Source: Eledone cirrhosa (Eukaryota). From it: a DNA stretch of 64,000 nt. Position numbers and translations under genes: made by a program. The notes beneath the pieces were generated by a model. The model was not told the DNA's origin, searched no databases, and worked only from the letters and a program-made list of their open reading frames with translations. The number at the start of each line of letters is the position of its first letter. The first letter of the stretch is position 1. The DNA lies in contig OZ024749.1 of the NCBI GenBank assembly GCA_964016885.1, positions 46,562,001 to 46,626,000 on the forward strand, in the 5' to 3' direction. Positions 43,224 through 56,901 of the stretch are shown one piece after another.

Positions 43224-44392
43224 GTATATATATAGATACACACACACATACACACACACATATATATATATTATATATATATATATTAATGTAAATTTGA
43301 TACCAAACCAAACGAGAAATTAGAATAAAATGTTATTGCTTTCCACCTCCATATAAAATGAAAAATGATAAATTGTTTCATATCATTTTAATGCCACCCG
43401 AAATAATATTTTGTATCTTTTAAAGAAAAAAATAATGTGAACACATTTTCTTATAGCTATTTTAACTGCAAAATTATAAAATGTCTCTATGGTTATTGAA
43501 AATATAAGAACAAAGAAAAATCGTAAAACAATGAAAGCAGACGCCTCGCCAAAAATCAAAAGAAAATATAAAAAATAGAGGTTATATCAAACTGGATGTT
43601 TCAATATATTGGTTGTTTTAATATTCTCGACAATAAATAGAAACATACTATTTTTTCCTTTGTGTCTCTACATCAAGCATTCAATATGCGGTTCCATATT
43701 GCCATATTATAGAAATATATGTGATGCATGTACATTTATGCGTATTTAAGAGCTGGTACTTACAACCGTTTGACGAAGCAACATGTATGATCTGACAATT
43801 AGTTACCACTACTTCTAGATGGGAGACAAATCTGAATTATATACTATTTTCACACCACATTATACATTTTCTAGAAATGAAACCCATTGGGAAGTGAATA
43901 TTAGTCACGAAAGAGTCTGAAAATATATTGAGGTGCGTAGATTAGTGGTTGATGTGTTTGACTAGCAAAGGCAAGGTACATGAACTCCATTCCGGGTGAA
44001 GTATTTTGACTTCGCGATTGGCACTTTATTTCAAGTTGAAACGAACTACTAAGAGAAAAAGAGACTAGTAGTTGTAAGTCAAAGGTCCAGACTTGTGACA
44101 CATTTACCCTGCTAAATCTCAACGAGGGATACTTTATGGGCATAACTATGTGTAGTACACACATATTACAGATGACACTACCAACTACTCCTTTTTGTTT
44201 TTCCACGCGTCACATTGGACTGCAGATAGCCTTCACTACAGGGAAGATCTCAGAACCTCGAACCCCTAAAAGCAAGCGAAACATTCGATATTTTCTCGTG
44301 ACGTTCGACCTAATAGTAGCATGAACATCCATGTAGACTGCGTTGTCGTCTCGACACACTCAATTTTCACTTATTTATGTTTACTTATTTAT

Positions 44393-44600
44393 GAAGGCGC
44401 GTGGCTGAGTGGTTAGATAATTGGATTCGCAATCGTGAAGTTGAGAGTTCGATTATCGGACCAGGCGATGCGTTATGTCCTTGATCAAGACATTTTATTT
44501 CACGTTGCTCCTTCTACCTGGAGTTGCGACCGATGGAGAGTATTAGCAAGTGGAAATACCAACGGAAACATTGTTTCCTCGGTCCGATTTGACGAAAGTC
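44393..44600 (+). mobile_element. Second tRNA-derived SINE family (CORE-like)
   Basis: ggcgcgtggctgagtggttag (A box), gagttcgatt (B box), then tgtccttgatcaagacattttatttcac resembling the CORE domain. No acceptor stem, so not a tRNA. Confidence 0.65.
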
Positions 44601-44890
44601 GATCGCTTTATATATATGTATAACTGATGTTACATTTTAAGAGGGAGAGACATATATACCAGAAATGGACTAATATTTAAACTTCATTTCCGAACAGTTG
44701 AATGACACACTAATACGAATTGACCGCAGTGTGCAGACTATCTGAAGAAAAAAAAAATTTTAATGACAAATCTTACTCCAAATCAGACAAAACCACACCC
44801 AAACACGGAATTCCATTAACTCCCTAACACATGTACTCACACACACACACACACACCCACCCACCCACACACATACATACACACACACAT

Positions 44891-44943
<53 letters not shown>

Positions 44944-44944
44944 T

Positions 44945-45001
44945 GGGAAAAAGTATGACCCCGACGGCAGAGCTCAAGCCGTTTCGACGGCTATTTCTGG
45001 G

Positions 45002-45005
<4 letters not shown>
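44945..45005 (-). mobile_element. Family A single-arm copy in (TA)n
   Basis: Minus strand: tgagcccagaaatagccgtc-GAAA-cggc-ttgagctct-gccg-TC-ggggtcatac; near-identical to the arms at 1311-1419. Confidence 0.85.
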
Positions 45006-45054
<49 letters not shown>

Positions 45055-46600
45055 ATATATATATATATTTATATCTATGTATGTGAGTGTCAATACTGAC
45101 ACACACGGACACACATTGAAATGGGAACATCTGTTTTCTACGTTTTATTTCTCTGCTGTCATTTATCAAGGCACCAATATCATTTTTTAATGGGCATAAA
45201 GTCATATTTCTATGACCACAAGTGCAAAAAACATCGAAATAAATAAGAGAATACACAGGCCGGCTATAACGATTATGTCGCATCATTTGCTGCCATTGCG
45301 TTGTTGTAATCCCTTTTGTACATTTAATGGTTCATGCGTTTAAAATAGCTTGATGTAGTTGTTCGTTTACTTTTGTTTTCTTCTACATGGGTTTATGCTT
45401 CATTCGCATTCTTCAAGATAGCAAATAATTTGCTTGACTCACTGTATGCATATTTTTCTATCCGAGTTTTTTCTAGGTTACTCCCTTTCAGTTTCTGTTT
45501 TTCTCTTTCCCTCTCTCTCTTTCACTCTGAATAGTATACACTCAAACAAACACACGCTCTCTCTACAGATTTTTCTCTTTCGATTTTCTCTCACCTCTGT
45601 CTATACTACCTCTCACCCTGTATTCATTTTCTCTGTTTACACCTGTCCATTTTACAATTTATATAACCCAGCTTCCATTTTTCATGCTCGCTCTCTAAAC
45701 CCATTTTTTACCAGGCCATCTCTTCTCCCTCCATTCAATCTCCATTTCTCTCCACTTATCCCCCTCATTTCCTATCTGCTTTTTCTCTTTTTGACAGCCT
45801 CACTATATTGATTTTATCTGAAATATATTAATGTCTACAAACAATATCATTACCTTTTTATGTTGGTCAATGTACTGAATCTTAGGCAAAATCCCTCTTA
45901 TTTCCTAATAATTCCAGTGCTATTTTATATATTTATTGACTACTTTTTTATTTGTTCCGATGATTAGTTATAAAAGGAGAAAGCTGAAACCACATCCAAA
46001 ACAGGCATGCCTGCAGAGCCAAAGATTGTCCGCTTCTATGGAGTCACTTGAACTATAGTTTGAGCAATCAATTTTCCAACAAATAACATCTTACTTGCAC
46101 TATGAATGGCATGTGGTTTCAGGTATTATAAACCTAAAAAAATATGCATGAAATAAATAAATAAATAAATATTCCAGTACATACACTTGACATCTTATTT
46201 GTATTTGTTCAGAGGCGAATTCTGATTAAAATATCGATATTATTAATTTATTGCACATATATTGAGGGTTATATTTGATGAGAGACTTACCTGCATCACT
46301 AATCATAATTGAACATGCCAGAGTTACATTAAATATAGAGTTCCTCTCTCTTCTCTGATAGAGAATATCAATCTCGAGACATCCAATTACCTGCGAAACC
46401 ACAACGTATTAACATAATAAATATGGGCATATTTGATATTATTCATGTCCATGCAGTTGTAGTGGTTTTGTTAAATCTGGTACAGACCAACGCAGAAAAC
46501 GACAATAGAGTTGATGGTTTCTATTTCAAGCGAAATCACAAACGTCTAGTGGATGTGTACAAATCGATTAGATCAACGCTAATTCTTTTCTATTAATTAC

Positions 46601-46995
46601 ATGGTGGATTGGCAGTATCAGTAGAGGTTCGAACGCCCTGCTTTGAAGAATAGAGTTACCTCCCTGTATGACCTGAGTTCAAATCCCGCCGAGGTTAACT
46701 TTGCATTTTATCCTTCCGGGGTCGATAAAATAAAGTACCAGTAATGCACTGGGTAAATGCTGGCCTTGTGCCAACAAGTAGAAACAATTCATTACTTGTA
46801 TCATAGGCAACAGATTGTCAGAATCGGTAGATGGTCGGACAAAAGCTTTGCAACATAGAGTTACGGCTCTTTACATTCTGAGTTCAAATCCCGCCGAGGT
46901 TAACTTTGCTTTTCATCCTTACGGGGTCGATAAAATAAAGTACCGGTAATGCGCTGGGGTAATTGCTGGCCTTGTGCCAACATTAGAAATAATTA
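46601..46995 (+). mobile_element. Tandem pair of SINE family 1 (46601-46790, 46812-46995)
   Basis: Two copies of gagttcaaatcccgccgaggttaactttgc...ggggtcgataaaataaagtacc...gctggccttgtgccaa. Confidence 0.9.
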
Positions 46996-49105
46996 ACTAC
47001 TCTAGAAAGATAAAATGCAACTACCCACTCAGCAATTCATACATATCTGTAAAATCTAACGCCTTCGCCGAAAGAGTGATAACAACAATGTACACATCTG
47101 GTCATATTGAATAAATGTCAGAAATTATTACATTAATTCAATGGTTAATAGTTGTCGATTATTGATGTTAGTTTTTGCATATAGTAAAAACACGAGTATT
47201 ATTTTAAAGTTAAGCTCTGTGGGGTTTTTAAGATATGCGCTTGTAATGATTTTTAAAGTTGATTCTATAAATGAAGTGAATTAAAATAGATCTGAAACTA
47301 AAGAGTTACCTTGCTGACAGTTTACTTCATCTGCTCGCGTCAATTATACATTAAGATAAATTATAAACCACAATATAATTCGTATTTATGATTAAATAAG
47401 AAGTTAAGCGAAAATGTTTTAGCTAACTTTATGGCACTCATCTGTTCAGTTTCAAATTATATTTTGTAAGATTTAGCCACATCTATACCAGTACATTTAT
47501 TGGAGTTATGCTGTTATATTGTGTCAATGAAATATGAGAAATAGACATTTTGGTGGCTTAATAATATATCCTTTACTTGACTTAGAATATGTTGATACAA
47601 ATATAGTGTGAATACAATAATTCTATATTGACCGGCTTTTGTGGATGTATGCTCAATAAGATATTAGAGCGAGACGTACACATTCCCGACACCAATCATC
47701 ACATAAATATATATGCACGTGGCAACAGGTCCATGTTGATATTTGCCTTCGTTTCCATTGTTACAAATGTCTTGATATCTGTTATTTTTTTACTGTTTAA
47801 CTATACAATATCTCAGTTGCATCTGACTGAAATGGAACACTGGACAGACATGACTTGTCTTAGTAAATATTTGTAAATATTCATTCCTATATATAGGAAT
47901 ACAAATTTATATCGAAACGTGTAATTTGAAACACCAATAAACATTTAATCGTCAAAGATTTCATTTAGTCTGGTAATTAATTTCTCATATTTAGTAGCTT
48001 CGTTGACATATATATTCTAAACCAGAGCTTCTAGAAATTAAAATTGTTTAACGAATCGAATACTTACTAGAAACGTTTGTACATCGAGATTAACGTTGAT
48101 GAAATATTTGTTTTTCGCGCAATTACTTTGTTTGGTGAATCGTCTTCAGCAATAAGCTCAAATTTTAATTTGCCTTGATTAGAAAGTAAGTACCAGTAAG
48201 AACTTACATTTAAACATTTACCAATTTCAGAATAAACGATTTTGTACGAAACGTAGACACCGGGAAAACCGATATATAAAAGTGGCTTCAATATATAATT
48301 ATAAAAGACTCTATTTCTCTTGAGTAATATGGGCTGAATAAGGCGTAAAATTATGGCAATAATTTGATCGATTTATCTGCAATGAACTGAATATATGTGC
48401 TACAGTTGACCTTCAGAATAACTCGGTGTATATAAGATAAGTAAATTAATGAAGAGTTGATAGCATTCAATCTGTAATGCTGCCAAATATCAAAAGTAAT
48501 ATTTAATCCAGTGGAAAATGTGTTGGTGGGCAATATCCATGTATAATAGCAAAAAGAATCTGTGATAAAATAAAAAAAATTAATTTAAAGATATACAAAC
48601 GCAATGATCACATCCCATCATCTCTTCAGAATGTTGAATACTTTGAAGAAATTAGAAAGAAAAATATCTATATTTTGAAAAACTCATTGACATACGACCA
48701 TTGCTATATTTACATCGAAGGAAAAACAATATTGAAGTTAGGTCAGTAATAATGTTTACGAACGAATTCATTTTATAAACTTTCTCTAAAATCAATACCA
48801 ACAACACTGCCACTGTCAATAATAGTAAAATGAAAAGAAAACATACAAGCGAATATAGCAAAAGATCCCAGAAGTATCAGTCTCTTATAGGTTAGTAATA
48901 AAATCAGCCAAGTAGCGTAATTAAATATCGTAAATATCCAAACTCAATTCATACGGTATTATAACTCCCAAAGTCAAATATTATGAAAAAAATGACGGTA
49001 AAAAATCATGTAGGTTATGAGATAGATTTTTTAATATGGAAAGGAAAAGTATCAGATTAACCGCATCCCCCTCTTTTTTCTTTCTGTCTCTGTCTCTCTC
49101 TCCTC

Positions 49106-49177
<72 letters not shown>

Positions 49178-49181
<4 letters not shown>

Positions 49182-49434
49182 TAAACGGAATAGAAAATGC
49201 TGACAAATTGTTCATAGTTGAAAAATGGTTTAATTAGGAATAAAAGAGTATTAGTGATTGTATGGGTTAGTAGTCAGTTGTGGTTTTAAGTTTTTAAGTT
49301 TTTACCGGTTGCGCATTTCTAAATGCTTTTCAAAAATAATTTTGAGATAGAGTGTCCGTGCTGTTTGCTCTGATCTGATTAGTTTTGGGAATTCTACCTG
49401 TTTTTATGTTAAAAAAGTGGCTCCAATTTGGAAA

Positions 49435-49438
<4 letters not shown>
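49178..49438 (-). mobile_element. Family D non-inverted copy in (TA)n
   Basis: 49178-49377 is nearly identical to 39918-40117, including the TTGAAAA/GCAA hammerhead variant (49298-49338), then continues with ~60 bp of different sequence. Confidence 0.9.
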
Positions 49439-49490
<52 letters not shown>

Positions 49491-49774
49491 AATATTAGTG
49501 TGTATATATATATACACACATATATATATAAATATACATATATATATATATATATATATATGTGGTTAGAATATCTTAGAAAAGGATCGCGGGACACAGT
49601 TTATGGGACACAGTATATAGGCAAATACCAACAGGTAGGATGGTTGGATAACATCCATGGACACGAATAGTATGGGGGTGTGTGTTAGTCCTAAGACGAC
49701 ATGACTGAAGGCATGATTGAGGACCAAGCCCCACGAATCTCCCAAGAATAAATGTGCAAAGCTGAAGCTCCCCC

Positions 49775-49831
<57 letters not shown>

Positions 49832-50398
49832 AATGAGAGGTATAGAGATTGTTTTAGCAAGAAGCTAACGGCATTCTATAACATATATGCGACTATAACG
49901 TCAAGATGGGAAAAGTAGTTAACGAAAGATTTCGGAAAAATAACTCAAACTCATCTCAAAGGAGAATCAGAATATAAATTCATCCACAGAATTTAGTAAA
50001 ATCCAGGGAAAAATCTATAGACCTTAAACTCAAGATAAAATAAAGTTTGAAACACTTATCCTTCAATTTGGAATAACATCAAATGCTCTGTATAGTCTTA
50101 AAAGACTATTTCATGAAAACTTTCAGTGGAGATGGTCACGGTTGGAATTTCATTCATCAGCAGTGCTCAACAGAAACCAGGGCTCTCACAGTAATATAAT
50201 CCGAAAAACGGAATTCTAAAACTGGCTAGTTCGCCTTCATGTGTATTTACGAAAAAGCACATGAGGAAAACACGGAGCTAGTGAAGTCAGGATGGAAGTG
50301 AATGTTTATTTACAAGAAATAGCAGTCAAATACATTCTGAAAAAAAAAACTCTACAAAGGAGTTCAGCAAAATAGCAATAATTATCACAGTTTTTATG

Positions 50399-50435
<37 letters not shown>

Positions 50436-50436
50436 T

Positions 50437-50538
50437 AGTAATAATAATACATTTGAAGACTAAAATCTAAAGAGGTCTCGATAAGGATAAATATATATCA
50501 AATATATAAGAACCGTAGAGCAAAAATTTATTAAAATA
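50437..50538 (+). repeat. Family B copy in (TA)n
   Basis: Homologous to 15614-15736. Confidence 0.8.
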
Positions 50539-50552
50539 TATATATATTGAGT

Positions 50553-50600
<48 letters not shown>

Positions 50601-50889
50601 CAAATAACGAAACGAAATTAAATTTCGTTTCGTTTGTAACTCACTTTTGTATGACTGACGCTTAAACAATTAAGTTAAAGATGTACATCCATATATGTAT
50701 ACTGAAATACTAGTATGTATATGAATACACACACGTATACATATGTAGGTGTACCAAGTTTTTTCACTGGTCACTTTACTGTGAGTGGCCAGCTATTCTG
50801 TATGTAAACACACAGACAAACCGGTTTTTAGAGTCATACTGGTTTTTGAGGAAACACCTCTCCTCTATTCTCCAGAAAGCCAGACAAGG

Positions 50890-50934
50890 AATATTGAACT
50901 AGTTTCGTTGTTGTTACAACTCATCAGCAATATT
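50890..50934 (-). ncRNA. Type I hammerhead ribozyme, copy 1
   Basis: aatattg-CTGATGA-gttg-taacaa-caac-GAAA-ctag-TT-caatatt: canonical core, 7-bp stem I, 4-bp stem II, palindromic stem III, GUU site. Confidence 0.92.
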
Positions 50935-51356
50935 TACCTATCTTCCGGCCTCTCTAGAGAATCGTAAAAGCACATATCGTTATATGCTTTTTCTATGAAA
51001 ATTAGTAGTGGGCAGACTAATTTGCATAGAGTGTGAGTAAGTACCGGTTCAACGGAGACGATAAAAACAAATAACGAAACGAAATTAAATTTCGTTTCGT
51101 TTGTAACTCACTTTTGTATGACTGACGCTTAAACAATTAAGTTAAAGATGTACATCCATATATGTATACTGAAATACTAGTATGTATATGAATACACACA
51201 CGTATACATATGTAGGTGTACCAAGTTTTTTCACTGGTCACTTTACTGTGAGTGGCCAGCTATTCTGTATGTAAACACACAGACAAACCGGTTTTTAGAG
51301 TCATACTGGTTTTTGAGGAAACACCTCTCCTCTATTCTCCAGAAAGCCAGACAAGG

Positions 51357-51401
51357 AATATTGAACTAGTTTCGTTGTTGTTACAACTCATCAGCAATAT
51401 T
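51357..51401 (-). ncRNA. Type I hammerhead ribozyme, copy 2
   Basis: Identical to copy 1. Confidence 0.92.
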
Positions 51402-51823
51402 TACCTATCTTCCGGCCTCTCTAGAGAATCGTAAAAGCACATATCGTTATATGCTTTTTCTATGAAAATTAGTAGTGGGCAGACTAATTTGCATAGAGTG
51501 TGAGTAAGTACCGGTTCAACGGAGACGATAAAAACAAATAACGAAACGAAATTAAATTTCGTTTCGTTTGTAACTCACTTTTGTATGACTGACGCTTAAA
51601 CAATTAAGTTAAAGATGTACATCCATATATGTATACTGAAATGCTAGTATGTATATGAATACACACACGTATACATATGTAGGTGTACCAAGTTTTTTCA
51701 CTGGTCACTTTAATGTGAGTGGCCAGCTATTCTGTATGTAAACACACAGACAAACCGGTTTTTAGAGTCATACTGGTTTTTGAGGAAACACCTCTCCTCT
51801 ATTCTCCAGAAAGCCAGACAAGG

Positions 51824-51868
51824 AATATTGAACTAGTTTCGTTGTTGTTACAACTCATCAGCAATATT
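51824..51868 (-). ncRNA. Type I hammerhead ribozyme, copy 3
   Basis: Identical to copy 1. Confidence 0.92.
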
Positions 51869-52259
51869 TACCTATCTTCCGGCCTCTCTAGAGAATCGTA
51901 AAAGCACATATCGTTATATGCTTTTTCTATGAAAATTAGTAGTGGGCAGACTAATTTGCATAGAGTGTGAGTAAGTACCGGTTCAACGGAGACGATAAAA
52001 ACAAATAACGAAACGAAATTAAATTTCGTTTCGTTTGTAACTCACTTTTGTATGACTGACGCTTAAACAATTAAGTTAAAGATGTACATCCACATATGTA
52101 TACTGAAATACTAGTATGTATATGAATACACACACGTATACATATGTAGGTGTACCAAGTTTTTTCACTGGTCACTTTACTGTGAGTGGCCAGCTATTCT
52201 GAAAAAGCATATAACGATATGTGCTTTTACGATTCTCTAGAGAGGCCGGAAGATAGGTA

Positions 52260-52304
52260 AATATTGCTGATGAGTTGTAACAACAACGAAACTAGTTCAA
52301 TATT
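52260..52304 (+). ncRNA. Type I hammerhead ribozyme, copy 4
   Basis: aatattgCTGATGAgttgtaacaacaacGAAActagTTcaatatt; predicted cleavage between 52297 and 52298. Confidence 0.92.
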
Positions 52305-52726
52305 CCTTGTCTGGCTTTCTGATGAATAGAGGAGAGGTGTTTCCTCAAAAACCAGTATGACTCTAAAAACCGGTTTGTCTGTGTGTTTACATACAGAATA
52401 GCTGGCCACTCACAGTAAAGTGACCAGTGAAAAAACTTGGTACACCTACATATGTATACGTGTGTGTATTCATATACATACTAGTATTTCAGTATACATA
52501 TATGGATGTACATCTTTAACTTAATTGTTTAAGCGTCAGTCATACAAAAGTGAGTTACAAACGAAACGAAATTTAATTTCGTTTCGTTATTTGTTTTTAT
52601 CGTCTCCGTTGAACCGGTACTTACTCACACTCTATGCAAATTAGTCTGCCCACTACTAATTTTCATAGAAAAAGCATATAACGATATGTGCTTTTACGAT
52701 TCTCTAGAGAGGCCGGAAGATAGGTA

Positions 52727-52771
52727 AATATTGCTGATGAGTTGTAACAACAATGAAACTAGTTCAATATT
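52727..52771 (+). ncRNA. Type I hammerhead ribozyme, copy 5 (C11.1U)
   Basis: As copy 4 but caat-GAAA, giving a G-U pair at the base of stem II. Confidence 0.85.
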
Positions 52772-52992
52772 CCTTGTCTGGCTTTCTGGAAAATAGAGGA
52801 GAGGTGTTTCCTCAAAAACCAGTATGACTCTAAAAACCGGTTTGTCTGTGTGTTTACATACAGAATAGCTGGCCACTCACAGTAAAGTGACCAGTGAAAA
52901 AACTTGGTACACCTACATATGTATACGTGTGTGTATTCATATACATACTAGTATTTCAGTATACATATATGGATGTACATCTTTAACTTAAT

Positions 52993-53067
<75 letters not shown>

Positions 53068-54040
53068 GGAGGTGGGTGGGGGTAGAGAGAGACAAAGAAA
53101 GAGCGAGAGAGAGTGACGTGGGAGTATATAATTCACCATTCATTAAAATATCTAATTCAGCAATGTCATTCATCGATCTCATGCTAATATATTATATACA
53201 TGGCTACTATATTAGAACAGTATAAACATCTGTCTGAACGATAAAAATATCTTCAAGTCCTGTAACAAATTTCAACTATATAACTACCTTTTAGATATTA
53301 GTATAACTATATATATTTCTGGCATCCCAAACAATAACATGAATTAGAAAAATATTGACGACTAAACCGCGAACCAGCCAGCTAGCCTTTCACTACCTAC
53401 CGATATCACTACCAACATAATAGCCACCACCGTAACTGCTACCATTTTGTCTACAATTACTACAACCTGTAACCAACATTGCGTTAGTGTATGGAATTAC
53501 TTCAAAATACAACCACAAAGATAGGTCCGAACGTGGAAGAGCCGAACCCCACTGTCATCGCCCCCATCTCTCTCTCTCTCTCTCACCATATCTCCTTCTT
53601 TCTTACTTTGTTCTATTAGTTGTGGCAAGTTTCACTTAACAGGAACAGTTCTCAATACATATTAGCTGTGCTGCATATTTTCTCATAACCATGCTTAGTC
53701 GTCTTTCATATTCCATTTTTCCCGGCATGAATTGAATCAAAGATAATTATCTCGACATATTTATAGCTAAAATTAAACAGAATCTACTGAGCAGCATAGT
53801 GATTGTCTGTGTTATCATATCGTAAAATGAACATGTTCCTAAAGTTAATTATTCTGACGTGAGAAAGTTGACAAGTTTAAAGTTTCGGGCAGATCTATTC
53901 GTAGATTACAGGTGAAAATATTACTGGAACTGTCAAAGTATATATTGGGAAGATTCTGCTTCAAACGCTAGGCTTCCTGGTGAAATTATATATTCTTCTT
54001 TGCCAACAGTCTGCAACCATTACTGCATTGTCACATATAA

Positions 54041-54216
54041 TTGTTTCTACTTTTGGCACAGGGCCACCAATAAACCAGTGCATTACTGGTATTTATTTTA
54101 TCGAGCCCGTAAGGATAAAAGGCAAATTTAACCTCGGCGGGATTTGAACTCACACCGTCAAGGGACGTAACTCTATGCTGCATAACATGGTGGCCGACTC
54201 TCTACCGATACTGCCA
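54041..54216 (-). mobile_element. SINE family 1
   Basis: Core match; approximate TSD tgtca(c/t)atataat. Confidence 0.9.
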
Positions 54217-54703
54217 ATGTCATATATAATGTTTCCCGATTATGTGTTACATATTTCTGAAGTCACTAAGGAATAAGTTTTCAGTAGAGAGACAGAACAA
54301 AATGCATGCAATGGAATTTACATAAAAGTCTCATGCGTGAAAGCAATGTGTTTGCAATATTAGAACAAGACCGTCCCCAAATATAATGGTATCTGTTTGA
54401 ACACACGATTTCATATAAAAAAAGAACTTGGAAAACAAATACATCGCCGCTAAAATAACTAAGATAACTAGGAACTAAAGTAACTAAAATAACTAGAATC
54501 TAACTCTAAACGAAATTAAAGCAGCAGCACACCGGCAAAGAGCTAACGTATACACATATACTTATACATACGTATATACAACCAACACTGACACACCCTC
54601 TCACACATACTCATTTACGAAACCCCCTTCTGTTCTTCTCTCTCTCGCTCTCTCTCTCTCTCACACACACAGGAATACACATACACATATATATATATGT
54701 ATG

Positions 54704-54751
<48 letters not shown>

Positions 54752-55201
54752 ACCATAAAGATTGCATTCAATGAACTTAATGATAGCTGAAATATATCTA
54801 AGCCCCCCAAAAAGAGGAAATTCAACAACAAATAAAAACAAATAAAAAACATATATTCTGAATGTAGATGTGACCTAATCAAGCAATAGGCTATTTTTAA
54901 GACAGTTACGCTTTGATTGATTTTCGCAAGAAAATATCAATAGTACTATGAAACACGCAGAATTAATAGTATCGTGAAATAAATAAAAAAATCATAATTA
55001 CAAATTTTAAAAAGGAGATATAAAAGGCAAACCATAATCAATATGAGACGATGTCATTGATTATATGTTAAATCTGATTTGCAAAAGGTGGAATGCCATA
55101 GGCTATATAGCTTTTATGTTTTGAAACGAAACCTTGATGAGATCTGATGATTATGCGTGTGCATTACTAGGAATGAGTGTAAGTATATATATATATATAT
55201 C

Positions 55202-55308
<107 letters not shown>

Positions 55309-55514
55309 TTACTCTCATGATCATATATAAGTATAGATACATAAGCTTTCATGCGTATATAGATTGAAGCAAGCAGTTACATACACATCATATGGTTTGT
55401 GTTTATGTGATATTTTGTATTTTGGGATAAACTCCGTTAGGCAATTGAACACTCTTTGCTGCTCTAATTGCCTATCTATTCATAAACGCCTCTTTCTCTC
55501 TCTATCTTTCCCTA

Positions 55515-55886
<372 letters not shown>

Positions 55887-56652
55887 TGCATGTGTGTATA
55901 CATTTTCTGATAAAGTGCGGTGCGTATTCAATTGAACCGCTTCTCTGCAGCGAGAGGCCAATTCAAATGCACTCTCAAATGACCAGACAAGATATTAATT
56001 GCACCCGAATATATTGTCTGATGGATTTCACGTACCAGATTAATTTAGAACTAGAGATGTTCAAGCTGCACATCTGCTGTCTCGAATTGTTATTGCCAGA
56101 GATTCTTATGTTGAAGCTCGTTAAAACATGCCTGTTTGTTATATTGTGATTAGGTGCACTAATGAATCGCAATTGAAGATGATATGCAATAAATAACTGA
56201 ATGTTGAAAATATAAGTAGCAAAAATATGGATACTTGCTGAATGAAATATTCTCACGATAACCAGATGTGTTAGATTGACATCAGTAATGTGGTCTCCAA
56301 GATGAACTCGTTTTTCGTCCGAACGGTTAAGAAAACATTATTCCTGAATGGCGTTTAGAATAATTCGTGATTCGAAACGAGTACGAAAAGGTGGTGAGAA
56401 AAAAGGTGAGTTAAACAGCAGAGGATGTTCAGAGAAACCCAAAAGTACTCTGGCCCTTAAATTCTGAAACTCTAAAGCGGTCGGCCCGCAGCCAGGTTAA
56501 ATATCCGGAGTGCCATACTGCTGACATCTAGCCATTTAAATATCATGCAGTGTTAAGTACTTCTTATTTATTAGACCATGCTCATTTCAAGCGTTGCAAA
56601 TTGACATAAACGCACACACACAAACCTGACCCTGTCTTCCGTTGTCTGTCTT

Positions 56653-56704
<52 letters not shown>

Positions 56705-56709
<5 letters not shown>

Positions 56710-56901
56710 GTGGTTACACAACTGTTAGTTCACCATACCGAGAACAATTGTTTCACCTTAGCGGATCTTTAGCTGAAGATCCGCTAAGGTGAAACAATTG
56801 TTCTCGGTTTGGTGAACTAACTGTTGTGTAACCACTTCTACCTAACTTGCCCCTTGGACTGAGTGCTCTACCACTACGGATATTACCTTCCAGTGTTCCA
56901 C

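Larger units (their letters stand above)
50594..52993. mobile_element. 467-bp hammerhead-containing tandem array (candidate non-LTR retrozyme): ~3.4 direct units plus ~1.7 inverted units, inside (TA)n
   Basis: Units 50594-51060, 51061-51527, 51528-51994, partial 51995-52201; inverted block 52201-52993. Only a handful of substitutions between copies. One HHR per full unit. Confidence 0.92.

Noticed and set aside
43900-44310. Possible decayed PLE GIY-YIG on the minus strand (EKQKGVVGSVICNMC)
   Set aside because: No YIG motif recoverable; too weak to list.
44393-44470. tRNA gene
   Set aside because: A and B boxes are present but there is no acceptor stem, and it continues into a SINE core.
49590-49700. 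WLDNI peptide resembling an RTE C-terminus
   Set aside because: Five-residue match only.
50785-50967. Repeated 60-aa ORF MASYSVCK... (five copies)
   Set aside because: GTG start, antisense to the ribozyme and overlapping it; it recurs only because the unit is repeated, and has no recognisable motif.
50594-52993. CRISPR array or ambisense second ribozyme
   Set aside because: No unique spacers. No hammerhead core was found by eye on the opposite strand (ctgacgc has no matching stems); other ribozyme classes were not rigorously excluded.
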